The notes: generated by a model from the letters alone, not told the origin. Numbered from the stretch's first letter, positions 1 to 16,024 are shown. The stretch: DNA of 64,000 bases from the human T2T-CHM13v2.0 reference genome, Homo sapiens (GCF_009914755.1 NC_060931.1); one strand, 5' to 3'. Numbers and translations: made by a program.

Positions 1-95
1 TATGCTAATTACTGTGATCTGAGCACTATAAATTATATGTATTGCAACATCATTATGTACCCCATAAATATGTACAATTATTATATGTTAATTGT
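1..95 (+). mobile_element. L1MA-type 3' end fragment
   Basis: catcattatgtaccccataaatatgtacaattatta resembles the L1MA 3' terminus. Confidence 0.6.
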
Positions 96-140
96 TTTAA
101 AGCAATGCATCGAGTATTAGACAAAACTAGAATTGGTTGT

Positions 141-499
<359 letters not shown>

Positions 500-517
500 T
501 AATAAAACATAAGTCAG

Positions 518-813
<296 letters not shown>

Positions 814-902
814 TCATAATTCAAATGCTGTAAAAAAAATCATAATTCAAATGCTGTATACTTCAGTTAAAATATTTCTCAAATCCTACGTTAAAAAGCA
901 TA

Positions 903-1200
903 GGATCCAAGTGCAGTGGCTTACACCTGTGGTCACAGCACTTTGGGAGACTAAGGCAAGACAATTGCTTGAGTCCAGGAGTTCAAGACCAGCCTGGGCA
1001 ACATAGCAAGAGCCTGTCTCAACAACAAAAAAATAAGATAAAATAATTAGCCATGATGGCATGTACCTGTAGTCTCAGCTACTCAGGAGGCTGAGGTGGG
1101 AGGATCACTTGAGCCCAGGAGGTTGAGGCTGCAGTGAGCTATGATCGCACCACTAGACTCCAGCCTGGGTGACAGAGCAAGATCCTGTCTTGATTTTTTT
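903..1200 (+). mobile_element. AluJ
   Basis: Diverged dimer with gaggctgcagtgagctatgatc. Confidence 0.85.
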
Positions 1201-2085
1201 TAAAGCATAGGGAGATGGGAACACTCATACCCTGCTTTGGAAGACAATTTACCAGCATCTGTAAAAATAGCAAATTCTCCTACCCTTCCATCCAAGAGTT
1301 CTCCCTCTCTGACTCTACACCAGCCCCCGTACATAGGACGTCAGAGCACACATGTTCACAGCAGCCTCATTTGTGAAAAATTGAAAATGAGTTACAGTCT
1401 CTCTCAGCTGCTTGCTTCCCGTGGGCCTCATCAGAGCACACAGCAGGCACTCGGCGAATGCAGCCCTCATTGTCCTGCAGGATGCCTGCCTCTCCTCTCT
1501 CACGGTCAGTGCCGAGCCATCTGCATGAGTGACCCAGTCTGCTCCACCAGCGACCACTGTCTCTTTCCACAGTTCCCACCCCTAACAGGCTGTCTCGGAT
1601 TTGCCATGGTCTAGCAGCTGAGCTCCACCTGCTGAGTGGCCGTAGCCTCTACAGGTTCTGCTCGACGGAGACTGGATGGCTGGCGCAGACGCCACTGGGT
1701 TTCAGCTCAGCCAGACTCAGGCATTTAGGGGAACCTTTGTGAACAAAAGGCCCCAAAAGAGCTGGTCACTTGGGCTTTGCTTCAGGAAGCAGAAAGGGAG
1801 ACACGGTTTGTCTCACAGGGAGAGCTGCGACTTTGTCACAGAAGGCTGAGTTACCTCTGGGGCTCGGCCAACGGCCGTCTTCAATGCCCCCACATCCATC
1901 GGACAGGGAAGGCTTTGTGGACCCTTCTGACTTGTCAGGCCTGGAGTTCAGTCCTAGAGCTCCTTGACCGATCACCTAAACTAGGTGTATCAAGCAAAGA
2001 AATTGGGATCGGGCCTCCGTGGGTCAGGCATTCCATTTCAACTGGAGCTCAAAGCTTAGTAGCGATACTAGTCAGTAGGAGAATT

Positions 2086-2207
2086 TGTGTTGAATGAGTT
2101 CACTGGAAGCTGATCACAGTGAATGCAAAGATAAGCACTTACAGGCAGTGCTGAGAAATTCCACAACAACAGGGATGAAGAGGAAGTCCCAAAAGATTCC
2201 AAAACAG
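2086..2207 (+). repeat. Local duplicate of 5117-5239 (old L1 ORF1-like piece)
   Basis: About 89% identical by hand alignment, first ~36 nt identical. Confidence 0.9.
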
Positions 2208-2435
2208 AGAGGGAGAGAGACAGAGGCAGGGGAAAGGGAGAGAGAGAGGAGAGGAGAGAGAAGAGAGACAGAGAGAAGACAGAGAGGGAGAGAGAGAGGA
2301 GGGGAGAGGACAAAGAGGGAGGAGAGAGAGAAGACAGAGAAGAAAGAGAGAGGAGAGACAGGGAGGAGAAAGGAGAGGGAGAGGAGAGAGAGAGGGAAAA
2401 GAGAGAGAGGGAGAGGGAGGAGAGAGAAAGGAGGG
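2208..2435. repeat. GA-rich polypurine tract
   Basis: Almost exclusively G/A. Confidence 0.95.
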
Positions 2436-2576
2436 GCCGGGCGTGGTGGCTCATGTTTGGGAGGCCGAGGCGGGTGGATCACCTGAGGTCAGGAGTTTGA
2501 GACCAGCTTGACCAATATGATGAAACCCCATCTCTACTAAAAATACGAAAATTATCTGGGTGTGGTGGCATGCGCC
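2436..2576 (+). mobile_element. AluS 5' fragment
   Basis: Left monomer with small deletion, truncated in right monomer. Confidence 0.85.
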
Positions 2577-2822
2577 AGGCCACCTATACAGAACAAAGAG
2601 GAAGATTCTAGCTCCTGAATCATACCCTGAGTAATAGGAAGTTTATTTTAACTCAAAGAGGCTAGAAATTGTTAGAGTTCATGCTAAGCCCTGACCCATC
2701 AGTGGTGGCAAATAGCAGCGAGCTTGTCCCACTGCATGCAGCTCTGGTTGGATCAGCGTGAGCCACTGTGTCACTAAAGAGGCCAGGGCACAACAAGTAT
2801 TCCACACACACAACCACTCTTA

Positions 2823-3674
<852 letters not shown>

Positions 3675-3679
3675 TAATC

Positions 3680-4060
3680 TTTTAAAAGTTATCTCACATG
3701 GCAAAGCTTTGGCTTTACAAAGCGAACAAAAAAAACTTCCCCATGAAAAGTATCCTGATTCATTACCACTTTTTTTCATTTTTTCCTGTTTTTCAGTGCG
3801 TTTGACATATGCGTCATTGTCGTAGTAGCACGTGTATAATTTTAAGTCCTGTTTTTCACGTAGCCTCCTATTAGCACTTACCGTCTTGCCCCTGAGCCTT
3901 CGTAGCTGTCATTTTTGATGTCTACATAATATTCTTTGATTGAGTACCCCATGATTCATTTTCTTTTCTCCTGCTTTTGGCCACTTTGGTTGTTTCCAAT
4001 TTGTGCCATTATAAATAACACTGCAATTAACGGCTTTTATTTCCTCAGATACATTTGCAT
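3680..4060 (-). mobile_element. Old L1M(E) 3' fragment
   Basis: ggttgtttccaattt...attataaataacactgcaat typical of antisense L1M. Confidence 0.55.
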
Positions 4061-4338
4061 CTGTTTTATGAATTAAAAGCAGCTGAACTGACTTCTGTGT
4101 CATTCCTGTTTGAACAAAAATGGAATGTCCTGGTTTCGTAACGGGACAATCTAAATTTAGCCTCACTGACAGAGCTGTGCGACAAGGGGAACGGCAGAGT
4201 AGAGGTCGTAGAGCATTTCAGAAAAAGTCTATTTAGTTCATTTGTCCCACTTTGAGGAGAAGACGAAGTCTTGTGTTGCTCCAAAGTGAGCGCAAGATTG
4301 GTAACTTTACCCTTGACAGGAGTTTTAAAAAAAAAAAA

Positions 4339-4369
<31 letters not shown>

Positions 4370-4383
4370 ACAAACAGTATCAT

Positions 4384-4690
<307 letters not shown>

Positions 4691-5239
4691 AGTACAACTT
4701 CCAGTTCTGTTCCTTTCTTCTGACCTTGCTATGCATGACCAAAGTGAAGAGCAACTATGAATGCATGATGTCCAAGTAACACTGAGAAGGTTTCTGGTTT
4801 TCGTATGTTTTGTCTCCACAGGTAAAGAAATGCCTGGTGAGGGGACAGCATGTATGTTTGTGTGGAGGGTGATGAATAAAGAAAAGTAAACCATGAGGAC
4901 CCTCAGAAATTTAAAATAATGGTTCCAACATGGAGCTCAACAGACCAGGTGAAGAATAGATCAATGCACCTGAAAATGAATTATGGCCCCAATAATCAAG
5001 CTGCTCAAAAGGCATCTCATGTGAATTTCCTGTGTGAAGGATTGACAGAACAGAGGAGAGAGAGAAAATTAATAGTGAAATAAAACTACCCAGAGATAAA
5101 TGAAGACACATGTATGTGTGTTGAATGAGTTCACTGGAAGCTGATCACAGTGAGTGAAACAGATAAGCGCTTACAGGCAGCACTGGGAAATTTCACAACA
5201 ACAGGGGTGAAGAGTAAGTTCCAAAAGATTTCAAAGCAG

Positions 5240-6132
<893 letters not shown>

Positions 6133-6157
6133 TCAAAAGTTTTGGAGATGAAAATTA

Positions 6158-6531
<374 letters not shown>

Positions 6532-6660
6532 TTAAAGGGTAGTTACTAGAAAAATAGAAACAGATGTATAACTTCTTTAATCTGTTCCTAAACTACTGGA
6601 GGAACAATAATAAAATAACCACTCCTCAAAGGACAAGAAATAAAGCATGAAACTATCCGT

Positions 6661-6835
6661 GGCTAGGTGTGGTGGCATACATCTGTAATCCCAGCTACTC
6701 AGGAGGCTGAGGCATGCGAATTGCTTGAATCCAGGAGGTGAAGGTTGCAGTGAGCCAAGATCGAGCTACCGCACTCCATTCTGGGTGACAGAGAGAGACT
6801 CTGTCTCAAAAAAAAAAAAAAAAGAAAAAAGAAAG
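6661..6835 (+). mobile_element. Alu right monomer
   Basis: Single right-arm sequence with A-tail. Confidence 0.85.
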
Positions 6836-6841
6836 AATATA

Positions 6842-7260
6842 TGTATCAATTAGTGTCATACCAGCTGAGAGTTACAGACAACTTGATTCCCTGTGGCTTA
6901 CAGAAAGAAGTGACTTGACTTTCTCGTGTTACAGAAAAGTTCAGACACGCCTGGCAGCAGACAAGGCTTGGAGCAGGGGTTTAAACAGTGCTCACAGGAC
7001 TGAGTCTGTCCTTGTGTGGAGGCTGCCTTCCTCCACACTGCTCTCATCCTCAGGCCCTACACGGAGGCAGGTTACCTCCATCAGCTACTTCTGTCTTCCC
7101 AGTTCCAGTCCAGTGGGAAAGGGCCACCCTTCTACTAACAGTTCCACCAAATGCTCATTGTCCCTCATCAGCCTGATGGGCTTATGCGTGCAGGGGGACA
7201 CAGGCTGTGATTAGCCAAGCCCTGAGCCACCTGCCCATCCTAGAATCAGGAAGGAAGTTG
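6842..7260 (-). mobile_element. MLT1 (K-like) MaLR LTR
   Basis: tgtatcaattag start, gattagccaagccctgagccacctgcccatcc. Confidence 0.55.
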
Positions 7261-7290
7261 GAGTTGAGAGTGGCTTAAGAAGGAACATAG

Positions 7291-7580
7291 CAGCCAGGCG
7301 TGGTGGCTCACGCCTGTGATCCCAGCACTTTGGGAGGCTGAGGTGGGCAGATCACCTGAGGTCAGGAGTTCGAGACGAGCCTGGCCAGCATTGCAAAACT
7401 CTTTCTTTACTAAAAATACAAAAGTTAGCTGGGCATGGTGGCATGTGCATGTAATCCCAGCGAGTCGTGAGGCTGGGCCTGGGAGGCAGAGGTTGCACTG
7501 AGCAGAGATTGCACCACTGCACTCCAGCCTGGGCAACAGACCAAGACTCCATCTTAAATAAATAAATAAATAAATAAAAG
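7291..7580 (+). mobile_element. AluSx with internal deletion
   Basis: Dimer, (TAAA)n tail. Confidence 0.9.
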
Positions 7581-7599
7581 AATGAGCCTGGCTTTAATT

Positions 7600-7780
7600 A
7601 CATTTTAAAATAACTTACAGAGTGTAACTGGATTGTTTGTAACTCAAAGGATAAATGCTTGAGGGGATAGATACCCCATCCCCATGGTGTGTTTATTTCA
7701 TATTGCATGCCTGTATCAAAATATCTCATGTACCCCATAAATATATACACCTACTATGTACCCACAAAAATTAAGTTAAA
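7600..7780 (+). mobile_element. L1MA 3' end
   Basis: ggataaatgcttgagggga...catgtaccccataaatatatacacctactatgtacccac. Confidence 0.85.
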
Positions 7781-7807
7781 ATATATATATAATGTATATA
7801 CACATAT

Positions 7808-7866
<59 letters not shown>
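7781..7866. repeat. (TA)n microsatellite
   Basis: Direct reading. Confidence 0.95.
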
Positions 7867-7890
7867 AAAGAAAAAAGAAAGAATTAGCCT

Positions 7891-8068
7891 GACCAAGCAC
7901 AGTGGCTCACACCTGTAATCCCAGCACTTTGGGAGGCCAAGACAGGAGGAACACTTGAGCCCAGGAGTTCAAGACAAGCCTGAGTAACACGTCAAAACCT
8001 TCTCTTTACAAAAAATACAAAAATTAGCTGGCACGCTGACACACACCTGTAGTCCCGGCTACTTGGGA
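7891..8068 (+). mobile_element. AluJ, 3'-truncated
   Basis: Ends abruptly at gctacttgggac. Confidence 0.85.
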
Positions 8069-8312
8069 CTAAGCAACATTGCCTAGACATCGTCAGATCC
8101 CTCTCTGATCCCCTCTCCAGCAGAGGTTCTCTTGCTCTCCTCCCTCCGGTAAGTAGCTCCATCCCATAGCCTCTGAAGTTTGCATGCCATGAGGGACCGC
8201 CCCCTCCAGCAAATCTGTCAAGGCTTTGACCAAAGAAAACGTATGCATTCTACTGCCATCTTGTGGTCATGTCTTTTTCTTTGCTCAGCCTCCAAACCCC
8301 TCAAACCCTACA
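8069..8312 (+). mobile_element. ERVL LTR 3' part (LTR41-like)
   Basis: tactgccatcttgtggtcatgtctttttc...cccctcaaaccctaca, ends in CA. Confidence 0.6.
8251..8268 (-). promoter_or_regulatory. CTCF motif
   Basis: Minus strand GACCACAAGATGGCAGTA fits CCACNAGRKGGCRS. Confidence 0.6.
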
Positions 8313-8324
8313 ATTACCTCCTGT

Positions 8325-8430
8325 GCTTATTGAGGAATAGAAGGACCAGAGACATGGGGGATACTCCTCAGGCCACAGAGCTAGTCAGGGTGGTGCTAGG
8401 ACTAGAACTTTACTCCCTTGACTCGGTGGC
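8325..8430 (-). mobile_element. MIR fragment
   Basis: aggccacagagctagtcagggtggtgctaggactagaac core. Confidence 0.6.
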
Positions 8431-8480
8431 ATTTTACTTTCACCCGCAGGTTTTCGCTGGACTTCCTGGTTTCACTAGAC

Positions 8481-8699
8481 CGGGGGTCAGCAAACAACAC
8501 CCCATGGGCTGAATCCGGCCCACTGCTCATTTTGTCAATAAAGTTTTATTGGCACACAGCCACACTGGTTTATGTATTGTCTGTGTCAGCTTTCTTGCTA
8601 CAGCAGCACTGTTGAATAGTTGCAACGGGGACCACAGAGCCAGCAAAACCTGAAATATTTGCACTCTGGCCCTTTACAGAAAAGGTTTGCAGACCCCCG
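8481..8699 (+). mobile_element. MER58A (hAT-Charlie)
   Basis: TIRs cgggggtcagcaaac / gtttgcagacccccg, internal aataaagttttattgg. Confidence 0.85.
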
Positions 8700-8981
8700 C
8701 CCCAGTAGTGGACCCTGCTAGTCCTGAAGGTAGATTCCAGTTTATAGAATCTCAGTGTGACATGATGCGATGGACTGAGATATAGCCAAACACCAACCAC
8801 TTTGAAATTGTTGAAATAGTTGAAAATCCTTGCTCTCCATTTTTAACTCTGGATTGGCTCTGGGTTACAGACGCATGGGTTTTTAGTGCTGCAATAGATG
8901 CTTCCTTAAATCCACTACCTGATGCCCCCCCGTGAGGAGATCGGAAAGGCAAGCCTAGTTGCTCTTATTAGAAAAGAAACA

Positions 8982-9414
<433 letters not shown>

Positions 9415-10111
9415 CTAAGGATAACGGCCTCCAACTCCACCCATGTCCCTGCAAAGGACATGATCTCATTCTTTTTTTATGGCTACATAGTATTCTATGT
9501 TGTGTATATGTACCACATTTTCCTTATCCGGTCTATTATTAATGGGCATTTAGGTTGATTCCATGTCCTGGCTATTGTGAATAGTGCTGCAGTGAACATA
9601 TGCGTGACATCATCTAGACTTCATCAGACCCACTCTCTGATCCCCTCTCCACCAGGAGTTCCTTTGCCCTCTCCTTTCTGGGAAGTGGCCCCATCCCATA
9701 GCCTCTGAAAGTTGCACACTGTGAAGGAGTTCTGTGTGTCTTTATGGTATGATTTATATTCCTTTGGGTATATACACGAGTTCACTTGTGGATATGGTTT
9801 GGCTGTGTCCCCATCCAAATCTCATCTTGAATTGTAGCTCCCATAATTCCCACGTGTTGTGGGAGGGACCCAGTGGGAGATAACTGAATCATGAGGGCGG
9901 TTTCTCCCATTCTGTTCTCATGGTAGTGAGTAAGTCTCACAACATATGATGATTTTATAAGGGGTCTCCCCTTTTGCTTGACTCTCTTTCTCTCTTGTCT
10001 GCCACCATGTAAGACGTGCCTTTCACCTCCCACCATGATTGTGAGGCCTCCCTAGCTACGTGGAACTGTGAGCCCATTAAACCTCTTTTTCTTTATAAAA
10101 TACTCATTCTT

Positions 10112-10921
<810 letters not shown>

Positions 10922-11466
10922 CCCAGTCTTGGGTGTGTCTTTATCAGCAGCATGAAAATGGATGAATACACCTATACAGCAAACCTATACAAGTACCCCT
11001 GCACTGAAAATAAAAGGTTTTTTAAAAAAAGAAAAGAAAGGCCTTAGTTCTTAAGCAATGACTAAAATGTGGGGAAACTCAGGTGGAATTCTGCAATGAC
11101 ACTGAAGTATCACGGTTCAATTTTAGACACAAAAAGCCAGGCAGGCAAAGACACCCACCATGAGCCAAGCTTTGCTGGGTTTGGGGAGGGAAGGGGACAA
11201 TTGCTGTAATCTTGAGACTGAACAGTGCTGGAGGGAGGATTCAGGACAGCTTGGTAAGGGGCTTAAAAGATATTGACATGTACCCCAAATTGTATTTAAT
11301 GGCATTTTGCTAAGTAATCTGGTTTCTGGTTTTAGATTCGGATTTTAGTTAGAAAGAGCTTATGCTGGGACACTGGACTGGACAGAAGAGCCACTTTCCT
11401 GCCTCACAGGGGCACAGTTTCTTTCTAGAATTCTCTTTGCAGAGCGGCTGTCCAAGATTAAATTGA

Positions 11467-11965
<499 letters not shown>

Positions 11966-12189
11966 GAGGACAGACTTCTCTCTCCATTGCTTAAAAATCT
12001 CCTTATATAGCTGGAAAGTAGCAAATTGTAGGAAAGCAAGAGGAAAAGTCCTAGGGGAAGGAAGCCCAGCAATTCCTAAGACGTGTGATGTGTCCTAACC
12101 CCCAGCTGGTTGACTTATGTGCCTGAGGAGTCTGAGGACATGGCTACCTGGATCTCTGGGCATGAGTGCCAGTCCCTGGGACACCTCTC

Positions 12190-12469
12190 AGAGCCCAGCT
12201 GTCTGGAAAGGCCACCTGTGGGCATCTAATCCACAGCCCACCTGAGCCCTCCATGTGCACCACCTTGGACATCCAGCCCCATGCAGCCTGGAGATGCTGT
12301 AGCCCCAGCACTCTGGGCTGGTGACCCCATGAGAGGCCCTGCACAAGAACCGCCCCACCAAACCCTTCCCAAATTCCTTACCCATGAAATCATAAGCAAA
12401 ACAAAAATGGTCGTTGTGAGCTGCTAAGCTTAGGGTTGATTTGTTGGGTAGCAGTAGCAATCTGGAACA
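12190..12469 (+). mobile_element. MLT1 (H/I/J-like) LTR 3' part
   Basis: ccttcccaaattccttacccatgaaatcataagc...gcagtagcaatctggaaca. Confidence 0.7.
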
Positions 12470-12554
12470 ACTGCCCAGAAGAGATATGCATCTGCCTCTG
12501 CTAAGGGAACTGCCGGGGAAGAGCCCCCAGTAGGGAGTCTGTATAGAGTTGCAG

Positions 12555-13715
12555 AAGGTGGAGAGAAAGGGAGAAAGAGAGAAAGAGGAGAGGGAGGGAA
12601 AGAGAGAGAAGAGGGAAAGACAAGAGAGAGGGGGAGAGATGTTACCAAAACACCAGGGGTTTGGTCTAGGCCCTGCTGCTCACTGCACAGAAAGCCAATC
12701 ACTGAGACAATGAGTGTTGCTGAGGGAGAAGGCTTTAATCGGGTGCAGCAGCTGAGATGGGAGCTCAGTCTCAAATCCATCTTCTTGACCCACTAAAGGC
12801 CTTTCTTTAGCAGGGAAGAAATGTAACTATGTGTAAGAAAACAGGAACTCAGATAAAACAAAGCCAAGTTTCAAGCTTTAAGAACTTGATCAGATGGGTC
12901 AACTTCTATGTTTATCCAAAAAACAAAAAAACTTGTCTATGGGACTACTAGGTTGGTTTCAGAGACAGAAGTAGAGGGAGAGAGAGAAGAGGGAGAGAAG
13001 GCAGGGAGAGAGAATGGGAAGGGGGAGAGAGAAAAGGGGGAGGTAGGAGAGGAGAGAGAGAAAGGGGGGAGACAGGAGGGGAGAGAGACAAGAGAGAGAA
13101 AGAGAGCAGGGAGAAATAAGAAAAAGAGCAGGGAATGATAAGAGAGAGAGAGGAAAGGGAGAGAGGAGGGGGAGAGAGAAAGGGGGAGGGGGAGAGGGAA
13201 AGGGGGAGGAAGAGAGAGAGAAGGGGGAAAGAGGAGGGGAAAAGAGGAAGAAGAGAGTGGAGAGGGAAAGGGGGAGAGGAGGGAGAGAAAGGGAGAGGAG
13301 GAAGAGAGAGGAGAGAGAGAAGAGGGAGAGAGGAGGAAAAGAGAGGTGAGAGAGGGGAGGGAGAAAGAGGATGGAGAGAGAAGGGGAGAGAGGAGGGAGA
13401 GAGAGAAAGAGGGAGAGGGAGAAAACGAGGAGAGAGGAGGAAGAGTGAGGAGGGAGAGGAGGAAGAGAAAGGAGGGAGAGGGGGAGAGGAGGGAGAGAGA
13501 GAGGAGGAAGAGAGAGGAAGGAGAGAGAAAGGGGAGTGAGAAGGGAGAGAGAAAGAGGGAGAGGGAGAAAGATTGGGGATAGACAGGAGAGAGGGGGAAG
13601 GTGAGGGAAGGGAGAGAAGAGAGAGAAAGAGGAGGGGAGAGAAAAAGAGGTGAGAGGAGTGAGAGAGAGAGGAGGTGGGGAGAGAGAAAAAGGGCAGAGA
13701 GAGAAGAGAGAGGGA
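12555..13715. repeat. Long GA-rich polypurine tract split by an LTR
   Basis: ~85 bp plus ~750 bp of nearly pure purine. Confidence 0.95.
12640..12961 (-). mobile_element. Solo LTR (LTR47-like), internally shortened
   Basis: TG...CA ends (tgttacc...ggtttca), GAGA on both flanks. Confidence 0.7.
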
Positions 13716-14332
13716 TGTCTGCACATCTGATCTCCAGGTTCAGAGAGTCAGGAGTTGGCTGACAACATCCACAATGGCGAGCTGCCCTGTCCCTCCTCTC
13801 TCTAAGCTGCAGAGGGCAGGGAGGAAGCAGGACCATGGAGGGAAGACACCAGCCAGGTCTCCCCTTGCCCTCCGCAGGCTTCCAGCCCAAAGCAGCCCCA
13901 AACTAGAAGGGGGATTTAATGCTGAATCCAGCATGGAGCTTTAATTAACGTCTCAAATTAGACAATCTGTTCAGTGTTGCTCAACTGGCTTGAGACTGCT
14001 TTTGCTTCTGAAACTGACCTGGGACTGTCCCTTGCATAAGAGTGAACCAAAAAACCACGGCCAATCCAGTCTCAATTTGGGGGATGGGCGAAAGTGGAAG
14101 TAGGAGGAAAAAAAGCTGCGTTTGATTGTGTCTGGAATTGTGTATCTTCAACACAGTGAAGCCAGCCCTGTGAAATTCAGGATGTTTTCATCTCACGTGC
14201 TGGTTTCTAGAAGCCTCATCCTCCTGGATCCTCTCATCTGATTACACTTCAGGTTTATCTGGGCTTTTTTCTCTTAAAAACACAACATTTTTATAGACTG
14301 ATGTCTAGACTTGCACCTTTTCAAATCTGAGT

Positions 14333-14639
14333 CTTTTTTTTTTTTTTTTTTAGACAGAATTTTCACTCTTTTTACCCAGGCTGGAGTGCAGTGGCACAAT
14401 CTCAGCTCACAGCAACCTCCTCTGCCTCCCGGATTCTAGCGATTCATCTGCCTAAGCCTCCCGAATAGCCGGGATTACAGGCATGCGCCACCATGCCCAG
14501 CTAACTTTTTTGTATTTTTAGTACACATGGGGTTTCACCATGGTGGCCAGGCAGGTCTTGAACTCCTGACCTCAGGCTATCCGCCCGCCTCGGCCTCCCA
14601 CAGTGCTGGGATTACAGGAGTGAGCCACCTCACTTGGCC
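14333..14639 (-). mobile_element. AluS
   Basis: Antisense dimer, TSD-like tctragtcttt. Confidence 0.9.
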
Positions 14640-14659
14640 TCTCTAAGTCTTTGTTTGAG

Positions 14660-14995
14660 TGTTTGTTCAGAGACAGAGTCTCTCTCTGTCACCCAGGCTG
14701 GACTACAGTGGTGTGATCATAGCCCACTGCAGCACTCCTGGGTTCCAGGAATCCTTCAGGAACTCCTCTTGCCTCAGCCCCTCCAGTAGCCAGGACTACA
14801 GGCATGTGCCCCCATGCTGGGCTTTTTTTTTTTTTTTTTTTTTTTTTTTGACAGGACCTCACTCTGTTGTTGCCCATGCTGGAGTGCAGTGGTGTGATCA
14901 TGGTTCACTACAGCCTCAGACTCCTGGCCTCAAGCAATCCTCCTGCCTTAGCCTCCCAAAGCGTTGGGATTACAGGCGTGAGCCACCGCACCCGA
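14660..14995 (-). mobile_element. Two tandem antisense AluJ monomer pieces
   Basis: Right-arm piece, T-run, hybrid monomer. Confidence 0.8.
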
Positions 14996-15536
14996 CATCC
15001 CTGAGTCCTTACATTGTTGCCTGGCCGTGCACTCTCTGCCCCCCACCACTCTCAGCACTTTGGAAGCATTTAATTCACCAGAAGTGTGACGGGGTGATGG
15101 TTTTACAGGTCCCAGGAAGAACACACAATGTCACACTCACATAAGTGTGCATGCTCACACCCAAATCAGACACTCCCTAAAGCTGTTCAGTGTTGCTCAG
15201 AAACACCCTCAAGAGATCCTTGGTGGGTTTGATTCCCGCCCTGCTCACACCGGCTTCTCATTCCCATCAGGCCCACAGTGCAAACCCCTTGAGCAAGCAC
15301 AGCCAGTGGGGAAAGGCCCCTCGGTCAGCAGACGCAACACAGGCCCCGCAGTGACAGCTCTTCAGATTTTCACATTTTTCCCAAGATGTCAGAAACCTGG
15401 ATTTTTTATTTTATTTATTTTTTGGTAACTCTCCTGATTTCTCTATGCTGGCAACAAAATAAAAATAATTTTAAAACATTCAATGAGCCAAGCAAAACAA
15501 ATATATGCACCTGATTCCAAACGGGCTTACAACCTC

Positions 15537-15570
15537 TGATTGACAGCGAGGTCTCCTCCGTCATAAATCA
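15537..15570. promoter_or_regulatory. Composite TALE/HOX site
   Basis: TGATTGACAG (+) 15537-15546 and TGATTTATGAC (-) 15560-15570 in unique DNA. Confidence 0.55.
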
Positions 15571-15739
15571 CAAGGGCGATGATGGCATTACCTGCATTGG
15601 AGCTGGATTCAGCAGAGAAAAGGAGGTAGGGCTGAGGAGACGAGTCACAGCCGTCTCTTTGCCATGGAAACCCCAGGGGAGGAGGCTTTTTTTTTTTTTT
15701 TCTGTAGTAAGAGATCAATGAGAGATTAATAATAATCCT

Positions 15740-15885
15740 GTACATTGATGTAGCACTTCAAACTTGAGTGCTTGCCCATCTATAATCTCATTTGATCCCC
15801 AGAACAGCCCCGTGAGCTTGTCAAGAACGCCTGACACTCTCTAACCTGATAAAGGGAGATAAAGACCCAGGCAATTTCACACAGA
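15740..15885 (-). mobile_element. MIR fragment
   Basis: atctcatttgatccccagaacagccccgtgag. Confidence 0.55.
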
Positions 15886-16024
15886 GAAAGAAAGAAGGTG
15901 GGGAAAGGTAATGGGAGGACCCAGGTTTTAGTGGAAGGGCTCAGAAAGAGTTCATTTTTCTTTGCTTTTGTCTGATATTGCTGTCTCTCTCTCTCTCTTT
16001 CTGTCTCTCTTTCTCCCTCTTTCT

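Noticed and set aside
1621-1635. CTCF-like TCAGCAGGTGGAGCT (minus)
   Set aside because: Two mismatches in the core; unsupported without ChIP data.
12937-13890. Longest ORFs (317, 258, 255 aa, minus strand)
   Set aside because: S/L/P/F low-complexity translations of the CT strand of the purine tract, which cannot contain stop codons.
14659-15144. 161-aa ORF with a non-repeat C-terminus and an Alu-derived acceptor
   Set aside because: GTG start, mostly antisense Alu frames; such acceptors occur in most antisense Alus and nothing shows it is used.
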